This document shows, in pieces, positions 51,688 to 64,000 of a DNA stretch of 64,000 nt. Source of the stretch: Tubiluchus corallicola (Eukaryota; Animalia; Priapulida); contig JAQGDQ010000114.1 of the NCBI GenBank assembly GCA_030141605.1, positions 310,001-374,000 on the forward strand, given 5' to 3'. Each line of letters begins with the position of its first letter. Position 1 is the first letter of the stretch. The position numbers and the translations under genes were made by a program. The notes beneath the pieces were generated by a model. The model was not told where the DNA came from, did no database searches, and was given only the letters and a program-made list of their open reading frames with translations.

Positions 51688-52370
51688 CTAGCTTTTCAGA
51701 TTTGTCTTGTGAAATTTATTATTAAAGATTTCTGTGACTATGACTAATTAGAACATTTTGTTGTTGCCAATGTCGACATCATGCTGCTCAAAGAATTTTT
51801 CCATTAAAACTATGCTTAAGCATTGAAAAATCTCAGATGGAATTAAATTTTTCAAAAAACAAATGTCACCTTGAGCACGATATGAAAAAATTGAGAGTGA
51901 TGTAACAAATTTCTGGCTTTTGTTCCATTATTATTTATATGTGTAGTCTTGAAAAAGGCATACTTTTTTACACAAATTTACAAGTATGTTTTCGACAAAT
52001 GTTAGAGTAGCGAAGTGTAGTGATAGTGTACAACAAATCCTTAAAATCAAACCAATACACCAAGTGCCCAGACTAGTGTAATTATTTGCACTTCTTTGCA
52101 CAAGCTCTCTAATTATGTAGGATGTTGTCGTTTTTCTTAGCATATTCTTTCATTTTTGAGATTGTGATTATTCCACTGCAACATTGAACGCATTATATTT
52201 TGTTGTAGTGTGATAAAGAAGCTTCAGAGAAAGACTCAGAGGTAGATCAAAGAGGAAAACAGAAAAAGAATGGCACACCTAGAAGGTGGCAAATTATGGA
52301 AGGGAATTTTGATATTATTAAAGATGCATTTTGGAAAGAACATTCAGAAATCTTGAGAGATGACTTATGA
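48033..52370 (+). CDS. THG1L: tRNA(His) guanylyltransferase, 300 aa; exons 48033-48229, 49435-49611, 49823-49992, 50354-50550, 52209-52370
   Basis: [70 protein letters not shown]; in-phase GT-AG introns. Confidence 0.97.
51640..51684. repeat. (CT)n microsatellite in THG1L intron 4
   Basis: Dinucleotide run. Confidence 0.95.
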
Positions 52371-54599
52371 CGCATCCCAAATTGCAATTTTCATACAGAG
52401 TTGATACTGAATTTGAAAATCTTTTCAAGGTGTATGTGGACTGGTAGCTTATTGAAGCCATCTATCATCCTGGTAATTACATAATTAAATGTTCTACCAT
52501 TGTACTTGCGTGTTGTAGAAAGCTTGGTTTCACTTTTTTGTATTTTGGTTTTTGTATTTATAAAATTCATATTTACGATGAGGTGTAAACTTGTATATTG
52601 CAATATATTAAAATTTTAGTTTACCTCATTTTTGGTGCATTACAACCAATAAAAATTGTTTAATCTGAAATAGCCATTACTTCATAAGGGCTATATTAAT
52701 ATCTTGCCAGTGGTCTTGATGTCTTTGTGTATATTTTTACGAAACAGCAAGTTCAGTGATTGGAATTGCTAGTATAATATTGTTTGACTTTAAAATTAGG
52801 ATTTTCTTGAAAAAAAATAAATTTTTCAAAATTTTTTAATTTACAAAATAATTCTAAATTTTCTAAATGCTTTCAGCAATGACAGCCTAACATAAATCTT
52901 ATCATTCATGGCAGCAATTGTGATCATGACTGAAAGGTATGTCATTCTATCATAAAACTTTGTGTTCAAGTATTTTTTAGCAAGTATGTGGTCTAGCATT
53001 TATTATAGTGCAATAGTTATATAATTATGTACTATAAGTACCTCTTAATTAAATGTCTTTATGTTCAATTTACGTCTAAGTAATATATACTTTATTTATG
53101 TGTCAGCTAAACTTTGTAAAAAGTAGCGAAAATTGACTTTGTTACTACAACTAAGTGCTTGAGTACTGTTTTTCGAAACTAAAAGATAAACTGTTACTAG
53201 CAAGCCATCTATTTTTTTCTTTTATAGTCTCTCTTCCCTGCCTTCCTTGCTGAACATTCTTACTGATTTCCAGGGCACAAATAATGTTGTCTTCACATAA
53301 ATAACGCTGTTCATTCCAGAACTTTTCAAATAAAAATGAACTTAAAAATTATTTGTGTGCTGACTCATCAATGAACTGCTTGTTTCAAATAAATATTTTA
53401 CTATTCTAAATTTAGTGCATTTGTTGTATCATATTTTAAATAAAGAAGTGCAGCTGAATTCAGGTAGTGTGACCGTGCTACTGAGCACAGCAATCACATT
53501 TTTCCATAGTGTTTTCTCACAGTTAAGTCGCGTGGGAATGTACATAACTTACAATTTCATTAAGGTCTTCTGATGTACTATTGCACTATACAAAACTTTA
53601 TTTTTTTCACGAGTCTTCTGATGTACAATTACACTAGTACTTACATTGCTTAGTAACTGGGCTGATTATAAACTGCTACTGTACTATGTTATTTAACTTT
53701 TAAATAATTTCTTGTGATACCAAATGTGAAGAACATTGCTGTGTTAATATGATGTGTGATTACTCCTAAAAAAGGTTTCTTTTTAGTTTAGTACTCCCAT
53801 CTGCAGCAAATTCTATTCTTTTACAGTAGGACATTTCAGCAGGTTACCTTGAAACACCACTTTAGCAGCAAGTGAAGACTGTTTAACCATAGTAGTAATG
53901 ATGCCACATGATATCAAGACAATCTATTTTGATACGATAATGTTTTGGTGCTTTAGTAGGAAAGGAAAATTCGTGCAGAATATTAGTTTACATTTTTCTA
54001 CAGTACACCTGTAGTACAAAACCTGTTGCTAGGTAGGTAATGAGTAATAGCAGAAAATGCTTATTACATCCAAGTGAAACAATAGAGATTTTATAATGCC
54101 TCAAAATTTAGTGTGGAAGCCTTGTGTGTCTGGCACATAAGTCTTCAGTTGTGACAGGTATGATTGAAGTAGTGATTCGGAGAACTGAAATTCATCTAAC
54201 ATGTCTTGCGGATGTTTCAAAGCTTGTCTGGTTAATATTAATCAATGGTATGTTTTTCTACTGCCTTTTGCTTTTTAGTATGTTTTCAATGTGTTTGGTG
54301 GGGTTGAGGCCACTGAATTTCTAGGCCACTCAGTTCAATCGAATAAACTTATCTTAGAGTTTTTAGTTCATAGCTCCTCAAAATTGTGTGAAACTTGTGA
54401 GGCTTTACACTAAATTTTGAGGGTAAGACAATGTCTGTGTTGATCTTAACAATACTTTGATGTAATAAATTCATTTGTTGTATCGTTGTGTAACATGAAA
54501 TATTACACATTGATTGTACCTCATATGTGCACAAACACATGGTATAAATCAGTGGTCTTCAACCTTTTTTAATGTCGTCCACCCCTAGTGGTGATTAAG

Positions 54600-54974
54600 T
54601 AGAAGCTATCCACCCCCCACCCCGAAAAAGTCTCATTAAAAATCTCACGTTTTTATTTTTAATATTTAAAATCTGTGTTTCATATCTTATTTCTATGACT
54701 ATGTAACCAGGAAAAAGCAGTTTCTCTTATTTTTTATTTAACTTTCACATAGCTTCAGAAATAAGAGGTATAAGTTTTGCAAAAAACCGCCAAAAAATGA
54801 CCATTTTTGGATGTTTTGCGCCTCCCTGTGGGCCCGATTCGAAAAATAAACCCCCAATGGCATGACACTAGATCGAGACCTTTCGTTTGATATATAGATC
54901 GCCGCAAATGGTGCCGTCATCGGAGCTGTATCCTCGAATCTTATATATATATACCAGCGAAATTAATATATAGA
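54600..54974 (-). mobile_element. Non-autonomous Helitron-like fragment
   Basis: Minus strand starts A|TCTATATATTAATTTCGCTGG (Helitron 5' TC after A) and carries the ATCAAACGAAAGGTCTCGAT module; 3' end unclear. Confidence 0.45.
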
Positions 54975-57779
54975 TTACTTACCCACAAGAGTCACCACTC
55001 CCTGAGTCCACAGTTGACAGTGTTACCAATTGAGAGCGGGAACTCAGCCGCGTGATTCGTGTCAACCAACGGCAAGACAGTCCCTCGCGTGGTTGCACTA
55101 CCGGGGCCTTGCGAGTAGGCGAGATGGCAACCTCGATGTTACAATAGGTAAATATGCATTTGTAGTCTGTATTTTAAGAAATATAGGAGAGGGAGAGAAA
55201 GAGAGTCTCTTGTATATTATACAGACACCTGCAGGTGAGGATCTCGCCCACCCAGTAGTCCACCCCTAGACAGCTATAAATAAATAGAATAACCTGTTGA
55301 TAGGTTGCTGAGTATTATTGTAAATAGGTATATTGTACATGAACAGGTACTGACCAATTCTTTGTGCAGCTTGCTACTGCCATTAAGCGGCAACTTTGAT
55401 ACAAATTAAATACGTTTTTTATGTAAAACAAACTGGCAGAAATATCAATTTTGGGTCTCTGTTTAAAGTGTAGAAGTACATATTTATATATACCTATGTC
55501 TTTTTCTTACACGCAGCTTCAGTCAAGAAGGACTCCGTGAAGTTAATTAAACTCTGTATATGTATCGCAGTTACAACTAATACTACTAAAATTTAGAAAT
55601 GTTAATTTTGTTATTTTAGTTTACTTATATGGTGATAAGGTTTATCCAAAATAGGTTTTTTACCCATTTTTATTGTGCCAGGAGCATAAATTTGTTATCT
55701 CATTTGGCGCCAAGTTTTACATGGAGTTGGTTCCTAAACTTTTTTCGGAAATGGTTTACTCTAACATCAGAACGGACTTGCTGGATGATGTAAGATTTCA
55801 GTGATTCCCAATATGTCGTTATTAATATTGGCACATTATTGTGTAAGTGTTGTGACTGAAACAGTATAATTAGGTAGTATTTTTTGTTTTATCTGTTGAT
55901 TCATTCACTTAGTGCTAACTAACTGACTGGCTGACCAACTGATTTATTTATTGATTTGGTTGTTTCTTTATGTGCTGTGATAATATGCTTATCTAATACT
56001 GTGATTTTATAAACACCGTTTTGCATCACATTTTGATGTACATTTACCTCTAATCCAATTTTTAATAAAGTTGCTCTTTCACTATAATGATTTTCAAAAA
56101 CTGCTTTGACGAGTTGTAATCTGGCTAAATTAATTTGCAACCAAGCTTATCCAGTGTATAATCTTTATCCTTTCGATGTGACCAATGTAAATTGGAAAAC
56201 TATTTAATACTTAATAAACTGCATGACTTTGAAGTGTTGCTAAATGGTCATGTTGCTACATATTGATGAGTCTATGAATGGGTGATCTCTGTAGCATTAG
56301 ACATAAATGTTGCATCAACGATATTACATGGCTAAAAGCAGTAGTAATAAAATTATCTTGAGACGAAAATGTTAACATGTAAAAATGTGTCAACTTTTTT
56401 AAATTTACACAGTGTGTCACCTTGAGAACAAGTTTGTTCCTAGCCTATGAATAACAGGTAGGTACGTAACCCTTGACTGATTATATGCAACAAAGGAGAT
56501 GTTCTCATTGACTGTGGGACAGCTCCATTTGTTTAATTCAGGAAATCGTTTTAGAGATATTGCTGTCATAGAAGCAGTTAGGAACCTACCCTTGTCGGTT
56601 GACTAACTTTGAGTGTCATGCAGCTTGTTTAGAGATGAGCTTCTTCAGCTAAAAATAGATCGATAATTATGTAAAAACATAATTCGACACTTCGGTTTAA
56701 GTGTACCATTACTTTCCATTTTTAAATTCATCAACACAATGACTGTTAACAGTGAAGCGCCATCAATTTGGTATGTTTAAGTAGGCTTACAAGTTACGTA
56801 TATAGTTTATGAAAGTTGATGGCTAAACAAGGTTCATGTTTGACTAAGCAATGTGTGAACAATCAGTGTGGTGAATTATTGGCGTTCATAATGAGCATGC
56901 CTTGAGAGCCGAGATGTACTCTGGGCAGCCGTAATATCACCGGTACAGGCTTCATTTGCAGTAGCAGCATTCTCTCTGATCAATACATTCTTCTTGCTCG
57001 CAGACATGCAATGATAATGCTTGCTGCTTGCTCAGGACGGCAACTGCTGTTGGCGACATTGAGTGACACGGAGCAGTGAGTATGTCTGGTTACTTCGTCC
57101 TGCCAATATATAGCAGTCTTCCTGTAAATACGTGTAAATTGCAGTGTTTTTCGGTGAACATATCATCATCAAATAATTTACTTGCCTTTTCAGGTAAGTG
57201 GGCTGCGAAATTTATTCCGAAAGTAAAACCGCGCGTGTAGCTAGAGATGTTGCAGTTCGTAAAAGTTGTTATTCTTTCAAACGCATCTAAAGAATTTTCT
57301 TGTCCATCTTCTATACAATTACATGTATTCAGTTGGATTCTGGGTTCTTTTTGTTAATTTAGTTGGTATTTAGTAAATTAATAAGCTTAATACTAAGAAG
57401 TTGCAGTTTATTTCCTTTTCTTTGTGAAGAATAGTGAAAACATCATGTTCGTCTGAATAAAAGTAAGACCTGTTTTTTGTTGTTGTTTTAGATGCATTGT
57501 TAACACTAAATGATATTTTTTGTCTTAACATTCTTGCCTTTCGCATACTTTCTTTTTTAGTCTCTGAGCACGCTGTCATCAAGGTCTCAAAAAAGACCTA
57601 TGATGAAAAATCATTAAGTTAAAGCCTGCTAGGTGAAATCTGAAAGTGAAACATTTAAACTACAATGCGTTGTAATAGCCACTTTGATAGAAACAAGAAA
57701 ATATTTGGTTCCATGGGAAAATTGATTATGGAAATTACAGAGAAAGAGTAAAGCAACTTAAGCAGAATGAAACGTTATA

Positions 57780-58155
57780 GATCAGGTTGTTTTGGCTGTA
57801 ATTTAGACGTTGAGCTCAAGATCTATTTGCTGAAAAGTTAGGAATGACTAAGTTAATTTTTAATTTAATTAAAAGTCGTTTATGTAATGGTCATATAGAG
57901 TTACTGTTTGGTGATTTATTTGCATATAACTTTAAATCATGTGAATTCCACTGTAGACTGAATTTCTGTAATTTTTCTTTCTGTAACCGAATCGTAGATA
58001 TTTGGAATTGTTTAGCTCCTGATACAGTTCGTGATAGCTATTGCTAAAGTTTCTGCGTCACTGTTAGAGGGCACCTATAAGTGCTTGGCTTGGTGGTTTC
58101 TCCTCGTCTTTCTGTCGCATATGTTGGAAAGAATAAACATTTAAATTTACATTTA
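57780..58155 (+). mobile_element. CR1 LINE 3' end fragment
   Basis: CRLNFCNFSFCNRIVDIWNCL (cf. RLNIRKNFFSNRVVNVWNSL) followed by short 3' UTR, AATAAA and ATTTA-type tail. Confidence 0.65.
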
Positions 58156-61100
58156 CGAAACGAACATTTTCTTGGTAAAGAGCTGTATTATTGTTCTCAT
58201 AGAAAGTAGTTTCAATGAAGGGTGTCAATAAATTTCGCAAGAGTAAAATTTATGTCATAACTTATTGCTTGTTTCAAATACACTGACACTGGCTCTTGTG
58301 AAAATTTATTACCGTAAGAAAGTTTGGTCTGAGCGATCACTTTTTGTGTTTTTGTGCGTCGTGATTGGTTTCTGTGCCTTTCAAAAGGCTTAAGATATTT
58401 ACCCCATTAATTTATTCAATTAAGATTGAAAATAAGCGTATAAATAGTAAATACATTATGCACATAAACATGAACATAAACGGCATAAGCATTTGCAACA
58501 ATTTGTTGTCACGCAATTCCTGACTAGTGAATGGATTAATTAGTGACTTCGTTGGAAGTAAAAATATTGTCACCGCTTCATAGAACATCCTAATTGCCTT
58601 TTTCATAATCTGTAGTTGCATTTGTTGCCAGAGAATAATATTAACACATAAGAGCCGTTAATAAGAGTGATAGGCTTATAACTGTATTGTGATTTTCAGG
58701 ATTTATATTTGCTAGAATGCTGCTAGTTCTTGTATTTTTTTAAATCTTAGTTGTCTAGGAAACTATGAAAATTTGAGTGCATGGGAAGCTAGGAGAATTT
58801 AAAGTGCAAAATCAAAAGAAAAAGATGCGAAATTAATTTCATTAACTAGCTTTACAAATTTGATCATTTAAAGTTTTAATTTTAATCAGTGCATTTGCAG
58901 GCAGGAAAGCCAAGTTTTTTCTTCAATTTCAAAATGGTTTTTTTACAATAAGTGTTTTTATAATATGCTATCAAGTCAGTCTGGGGCACAATCATAACTC
59001 ATGATCTGATAAAGTTGTCAATAGTGCCTGACAACTTTCTGGCTATCAGTCAGAATGAGTATGTCTGAGTACCTATGCATGACTGTTTTTTTATTGTTTT
59101 GTTTTTTAATTACCAATTTCTGTCTTTCTGCTTTTAGTAGTAATTTTGTTTTTTGTCATGTAAACGACTTGAGTGCTTGACTTTTACTGCTGTGCCGTAA
59201 ATTGTTTTGGTAGTAAAGTTGGCTACTATTTTTACTTTATTAGCAGCAGTCATTTATAGTTTTTATGTAGTATGCGTATGACAAAAGAAAATTATATCTT
59301 ACTTGAATCTCATTGTGCACCTTGACTCTGTTGTAAAATGCATCCATTTAATTATTGTGTATCAATTTGGAATCAGTTTCAGTTTCGTTCAGCTACATGT
59401 ACATGTATGGCTTAAGCATGCAGCTGTGCATTAAGACGTAATTGTGTTTTTTCAAGATCTTAATCGGTACTTATGTTGCTGTTTATATTTTTTATTTACT
59501 GGTAATTTAATTTTGTTATTAACTATTTAGGTACCACTAAGGGAATAAGTATCCATTGAGCATACTTAATTTTATGGTAATTATTGTAAGATTTTTTTGT
59601 GTTTAATAGTTATACATGTATATCCAAATAAATGAATCAGTCAAAATTTTGCGTCGGCGATTCTGGTTATAGTACTTGGGTGGTAAGAACCGAAATTCCT
59701 GTATTTCCTAGATAGCATTCATAAATCGCACGAAAGGGAATTCAAGTTAGTAATAACGTTGTTTTTCTGTGTGCCACTTTTATTTCGATATAAACATAGT
59801 TCTAAGTTTAGGGGTTTCTGAAACCTATATAGTGGTTAAATCGCCACGTATGTCTAGTAAATTTCTGTGGGGCATTTCTGCTTGTTCTGGATTTTAGCAA
59901 CTACCCGGTTTCATTTAAAAGGAAAACTGCCATTTGAGTACTGTATAAATGACTTGTGCGTGACGTAAAAGGAAGAATCATGTAATTTTGCAAGCAATTA
60001 AGTTTTAGTTGGGAATTTCTGTTAAGGTAAAACAAACCTTCACTGATCCTAAAAGGTGTTACGCTAGTACATTTTATGGCTGGTTACTGAAATATTTTTT
60101 TAAGTCTTTGGTATTAATTTCTTCGTGTGGATGTAACAGTGGGAAAAGGGAAGGGTAACATGTTGCGATTTTCCAACAAGTATTTCGTGCAGCAGTGATA
60201 TTGTAGCCTTCATCGATGTAGAAAGCTCACGAATGCGAATTACTCTATAATTGCACCATGCACGAGTTTAATGTTAAATGTGAGGCATATGTATTATAGG
60301 ACATTTGCGTAGGCTGAAGTTTCTAGATGATGATGGTGCATTAACTAATGAAGCCTATTTTACCGATAATGTATCCATCTATGGGGTACATGATCGACTG
60401 AGGACCAATAAGCCAATACTAGCATGCTAACAGTGCTCATAGAAATGATGCATGAGTCAATAATGCAATGTATATATAATGACAGTATGATTCATAAACC
60501 TTATTTAGTAGCAAAATAAATAATAATAATAATAATAATTTAAATTGTATTTCAAAACTTCAGGCAACAAATCATTTTTTGCAAGTTTTGTACAGATGCA
60601 TTTGTATATTTGTAAGTGCTATCACAGTAATTCTCGTTTTCGGTTGCAAAAACTTGACGTTATTAATTATTAACGATAATGCGTCCAGCCTCCCAGTTTA
60701 ATAGCAAATGATTCGGAACCTTTACCTTTTAATTCTGTATAGTGAGATTAATCATCATGACTTCATGGTTTGCCGACAGTGTCAAACAGGAGGATTATTA
60801 AAACCTGAGCTGACTTTATCACAAAATGTATATAAAAAAAATTGCCCGCTCTTGTGCAGCGTCGTTACATGTTTCGGTTTTCCTTCTGAGATGATTTTTC
60901 TTTTCGATACCGTGATCACAAGCAAAATTAACTCACTCATTAACGTTATAATGAGGAAGTAGTGCTACCTCCGCGGGATTTTTGCGGTGAACGCAAATAA
61001 GCAGGTATATTCAGGTAACCTATAAGGATTCAGAAGCAATATGCTGCCATAATATCTTCTTGTTTTGCCAAAAGTTAGCAGCAAAATTTCAAACTTCCTG

Positions 61101-61461
61101 CTATGATACCTATAAACACAATTCGATTTGAAACTAAGCCATTTAAACTGTACAGAAATGCTGTTCATGACGTTTTTAAGGTTATTGTGTTGCCCTAGAG
61201 GCCTGGACGTTGCCTTGTAATTTTCCACAACATTATTAGGAAAAAATCCGTTTACTGTTGTAATTAATGATGATACTGATGATCACTTTCGCTAATTCAT
61301 TTATATAGCTGATTTTGAATCTTCTGTGTGTGTTTTTATTGATAAAATCTTGTTTGTCGTAATTTGAAAATCCTTATTGAGTTTATCATAAGTTACACAA
61401 GTTTACTCATTATTGCTGCTTCTATCGTGTACTAGTGGTATGCTACTTTTATTGATTTTTA

Positions 61462-64000
61462 AGTAGTAGTAGTAGTTTATTGACATTAGTCCAGCAAGCA
61501 CTTCAAAACAAAATAACTATAAACATTCATTCTGCATGCATCACTTATACGTGTACTATACAATGGTATTGTAGAGAGATTGTCACGGGAATAAATTTAA
61601 TATATCTGTAATTACTTTTGCACATGTTTCCGGCTCTAAATTAAACAGATCGTCTGCGCTATTAAAAGCAACAATACAACAATATCATATTGTATCTCCT
61701 TCCGTTACTCTACATCTTGTTACTACGTGTTCTTGTACGTCATCTTCGCAAGTATTACACAGTCTTCTATGGTGCGGTACCGGGGGTCTTGTCCATCTCC
61801 CTGTTTTGACTTTCAATAATGTGCAGATAAAAGAAACCGGCTAAAATTATTACACATGAATCAGCCATATTAATAATATATACCTGGTGCTGTTTTAAGT
61901 GATGGACTGGGAAATACATAAGTTGCAAAACATGTTTTTTGTTAAACTCTTCCTTCTTATCACCTCGCGTAAATTCATTGGGATATAATTAGAGTAAGAC
62001 ATAAATTCTCTGTAACGACTGAAATTTAAATTTGTTGAATTTTTCATTACAGGCAATCGATAGGGGCTCATCTTCACTGATATTGGGCATCTTCTTAGAT
62101 AACAGTTGTCTCCGCTTTTTCAAAATTAATTCTTTTAAAAGAGGCATATCTGCTTCTATGTAACACAACTCGTTTCGTGAAGAATATTTTATTTCCAGTA
62201 GCGCTTTCACAACTTTATTGTATCAAACAGCGAGTGCTTTAAAGTATGACGTTAACCAAGTTTCTGCAGCGTAAACCAGCGCACTTGTAATGCAAGTATC
62301 TGCTAGAGTTTTCTTCGGCGTAAATGGCATATTATATTTATAGTTGATGAACGATATAAATTTCAGCAGGTGTTTTGTTTTATCATGAACATGTTCTCGC
62401 ATAACAGACCACACATCTCCATCGTCTGTTATTGGTGAGCCTGAGCACCAGTACGTTTTCGTATAGTTAATCTTGAGATTTCCAAAGTGAAATTTGTAGT
62501 GTCTTCGGGGAATTATTAACAACAATAAATTGTCTTGTCTTTGTTTACCACCATTCCGTAATCCTTACAAAACTCGAGTAGTAATTCAAATTTTGTAGCA
62601 CATGCTTGTTTACTGGCAGAAAGTATAGCAGTGTTGTCCATCAGTAAAAGTGTGTGAAGATTTCCAAGGAAGCCGTCAATAATCTTACATCCCATGAAGT
62701 CTAGATAAAACACAAAGAGCAAACAACTCATTGGCGCTCCCTGCTTCACACCAATTGATGCATCAATTATGATAGTTCGTAATGATAAACGTGTGCACTT
62801 ACACATTTCTCTAATCGCTATCAAAAATCTTCAAGCACACCCAGCGTTTTTCAGTAAGTAGATCAGCTTATTCCGGGATACCTTATCGTAGGCTTGTTTA
62901 AAATCAACAAATTATATCTAAAATTTTCTCCTTTCACTTTCGCATATTCGATTAATAAGCGTATTGCTAGTATCTACTCCAAGCAGCCTCTGTTGTTTTG
63001 TTCTCCTGTCTGTTGGGCACGAGGTTTATACCATAGGCTAAACCGCAATGCCATTATTGTCTCATAACTGTTTGCTTAACCTGTCCAAAACGACAATCCC
63101 TCTGTAATTGCTGCACATCCTTTCTTAAAAATTGCCTCTAGTTAGAGATGCACCATTGGGCAGGGTATTTACCATACCAACATATTTTATTGAATAAATC
63201 CAAAATCACCACTCTCCAATGAGATGAAGTTAAAAAGACTGTCGTTCCAGCCAGTTGCAGTCCAGAGACTTAGAGTCTTTGTTAACAATTAACTACCTCC
63301 AGTAATTAACCTGATTGTTCCAGTCATTCGCTGCATGGCTAGCAGTAGTATATAGCAGTAGACATGACTATATATATCTAATATACCATCAACACAATAA
63401 GCTAAATCAATGAAATTCGTGTAATCACTTATATAATGATCAGGGAGACAACCATAAAAGTTTTTGTTACCAATATTACAGGATTTTAGCGCCTCCTAAC
63501 TGTATTTCCAACATACGACATTCCTGAAGCAGAGGCTTCTTCTGAAATAGCTTGCACATCTATGCCTGTTATGTGATTAGCATTCAACAAAACCGGTGCA
63601 TGATCAGAGTGACAGACATTACTGGCAGGCCTTTTTAAGAATGAATGTAACACGAACGAAGCAGTTTTCTACACATAGTACATAAACTATTTCCGAGATA
63701 TATCGACCAAGCCGTCTAGGCGTCAAACCAGTTTTAAATAAGTGTCAATTTACAAACAGGTTGTTCACAATACACAGATCATTATCTCCACAAATGTCGC
63801 TTAACATGCTTCCTGACATATTACAAGTGGTATCCTCGCTAGCAGTGTAATGTACATTATTTAAATCATCAGTATAGACAAAGGATGGTAATTCCCAATG
63901 CGCGCATTCATATCCCCTCCTAAAATAATCTGTTTTCCTGTACGTATGCCGAAATTTTTCCTGTATTCTAGCAAACAATATAACTCTATCATCATAAAAC
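61462..64000 (-). mobile_element. Decayed non-LTR retrotransposon ORF2 (EN-RT-zinc knuckle), Proto2/RTE-group-like, continuing beyond window
   Basis: HSDHAPV endonuclease motif, NYRGI, DFKQAYDKVSR, GVKQGAPMSCLLF, GFLGNLHTLLLMDNT, ALVYAAETW, C-terminal GRW..RRLCNTC..EHV..C, AATAAA and (TAC)n tail at 61462-61481. Confidence 0.85.

Noticed and set aside
53000-61400. Short ORFs in the distal region as a further gene
   Set aside because: No recognisable domain or consistent exon chain; region looks like decayed repeats.

Overview
AT-rich eukaryotic (metazoan, probably non-arthropod invertebrate given TTAGGG tracts and a protostome-type MRPL24) genomic window with six spliced protein-coding genes reconstructed by hand from GT-AG boundaries and reading-frame phase: 3' end of SNRPA1 (+), a 701-aa six-finger C2H2 protein fused to an unrecognised ~330-aa C-terminal domain (-), a 9-coding-exon cytosolic HSC70/HSPA8 (-) with an HSE-TATA-Inr promoter, a stum/SPEC3-family membrane protein (+), MRPL24 (-) and THG1L (+). 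Introns and intergenic space are packed with decayed LINEs (L2, CR1-like, RTE-X-like, Proto2-like), MITEs (Harbinger, Tigger, mariner, telomere-repeat-bearing foldbacks), Helitron/Helentron-type fragments and microsatellites. No CRISPR array, rRNA or confident tRNA was seen. I found no unambiguous new multi-gene system; the best leads are the zinc-finger/unknown-domain fusion, a 33-bp intronic hairpin, and the transposon-interrupted head-to-head MRPL24/THG1L locus. Repeat boundaries are approximate unless termini are quoted.
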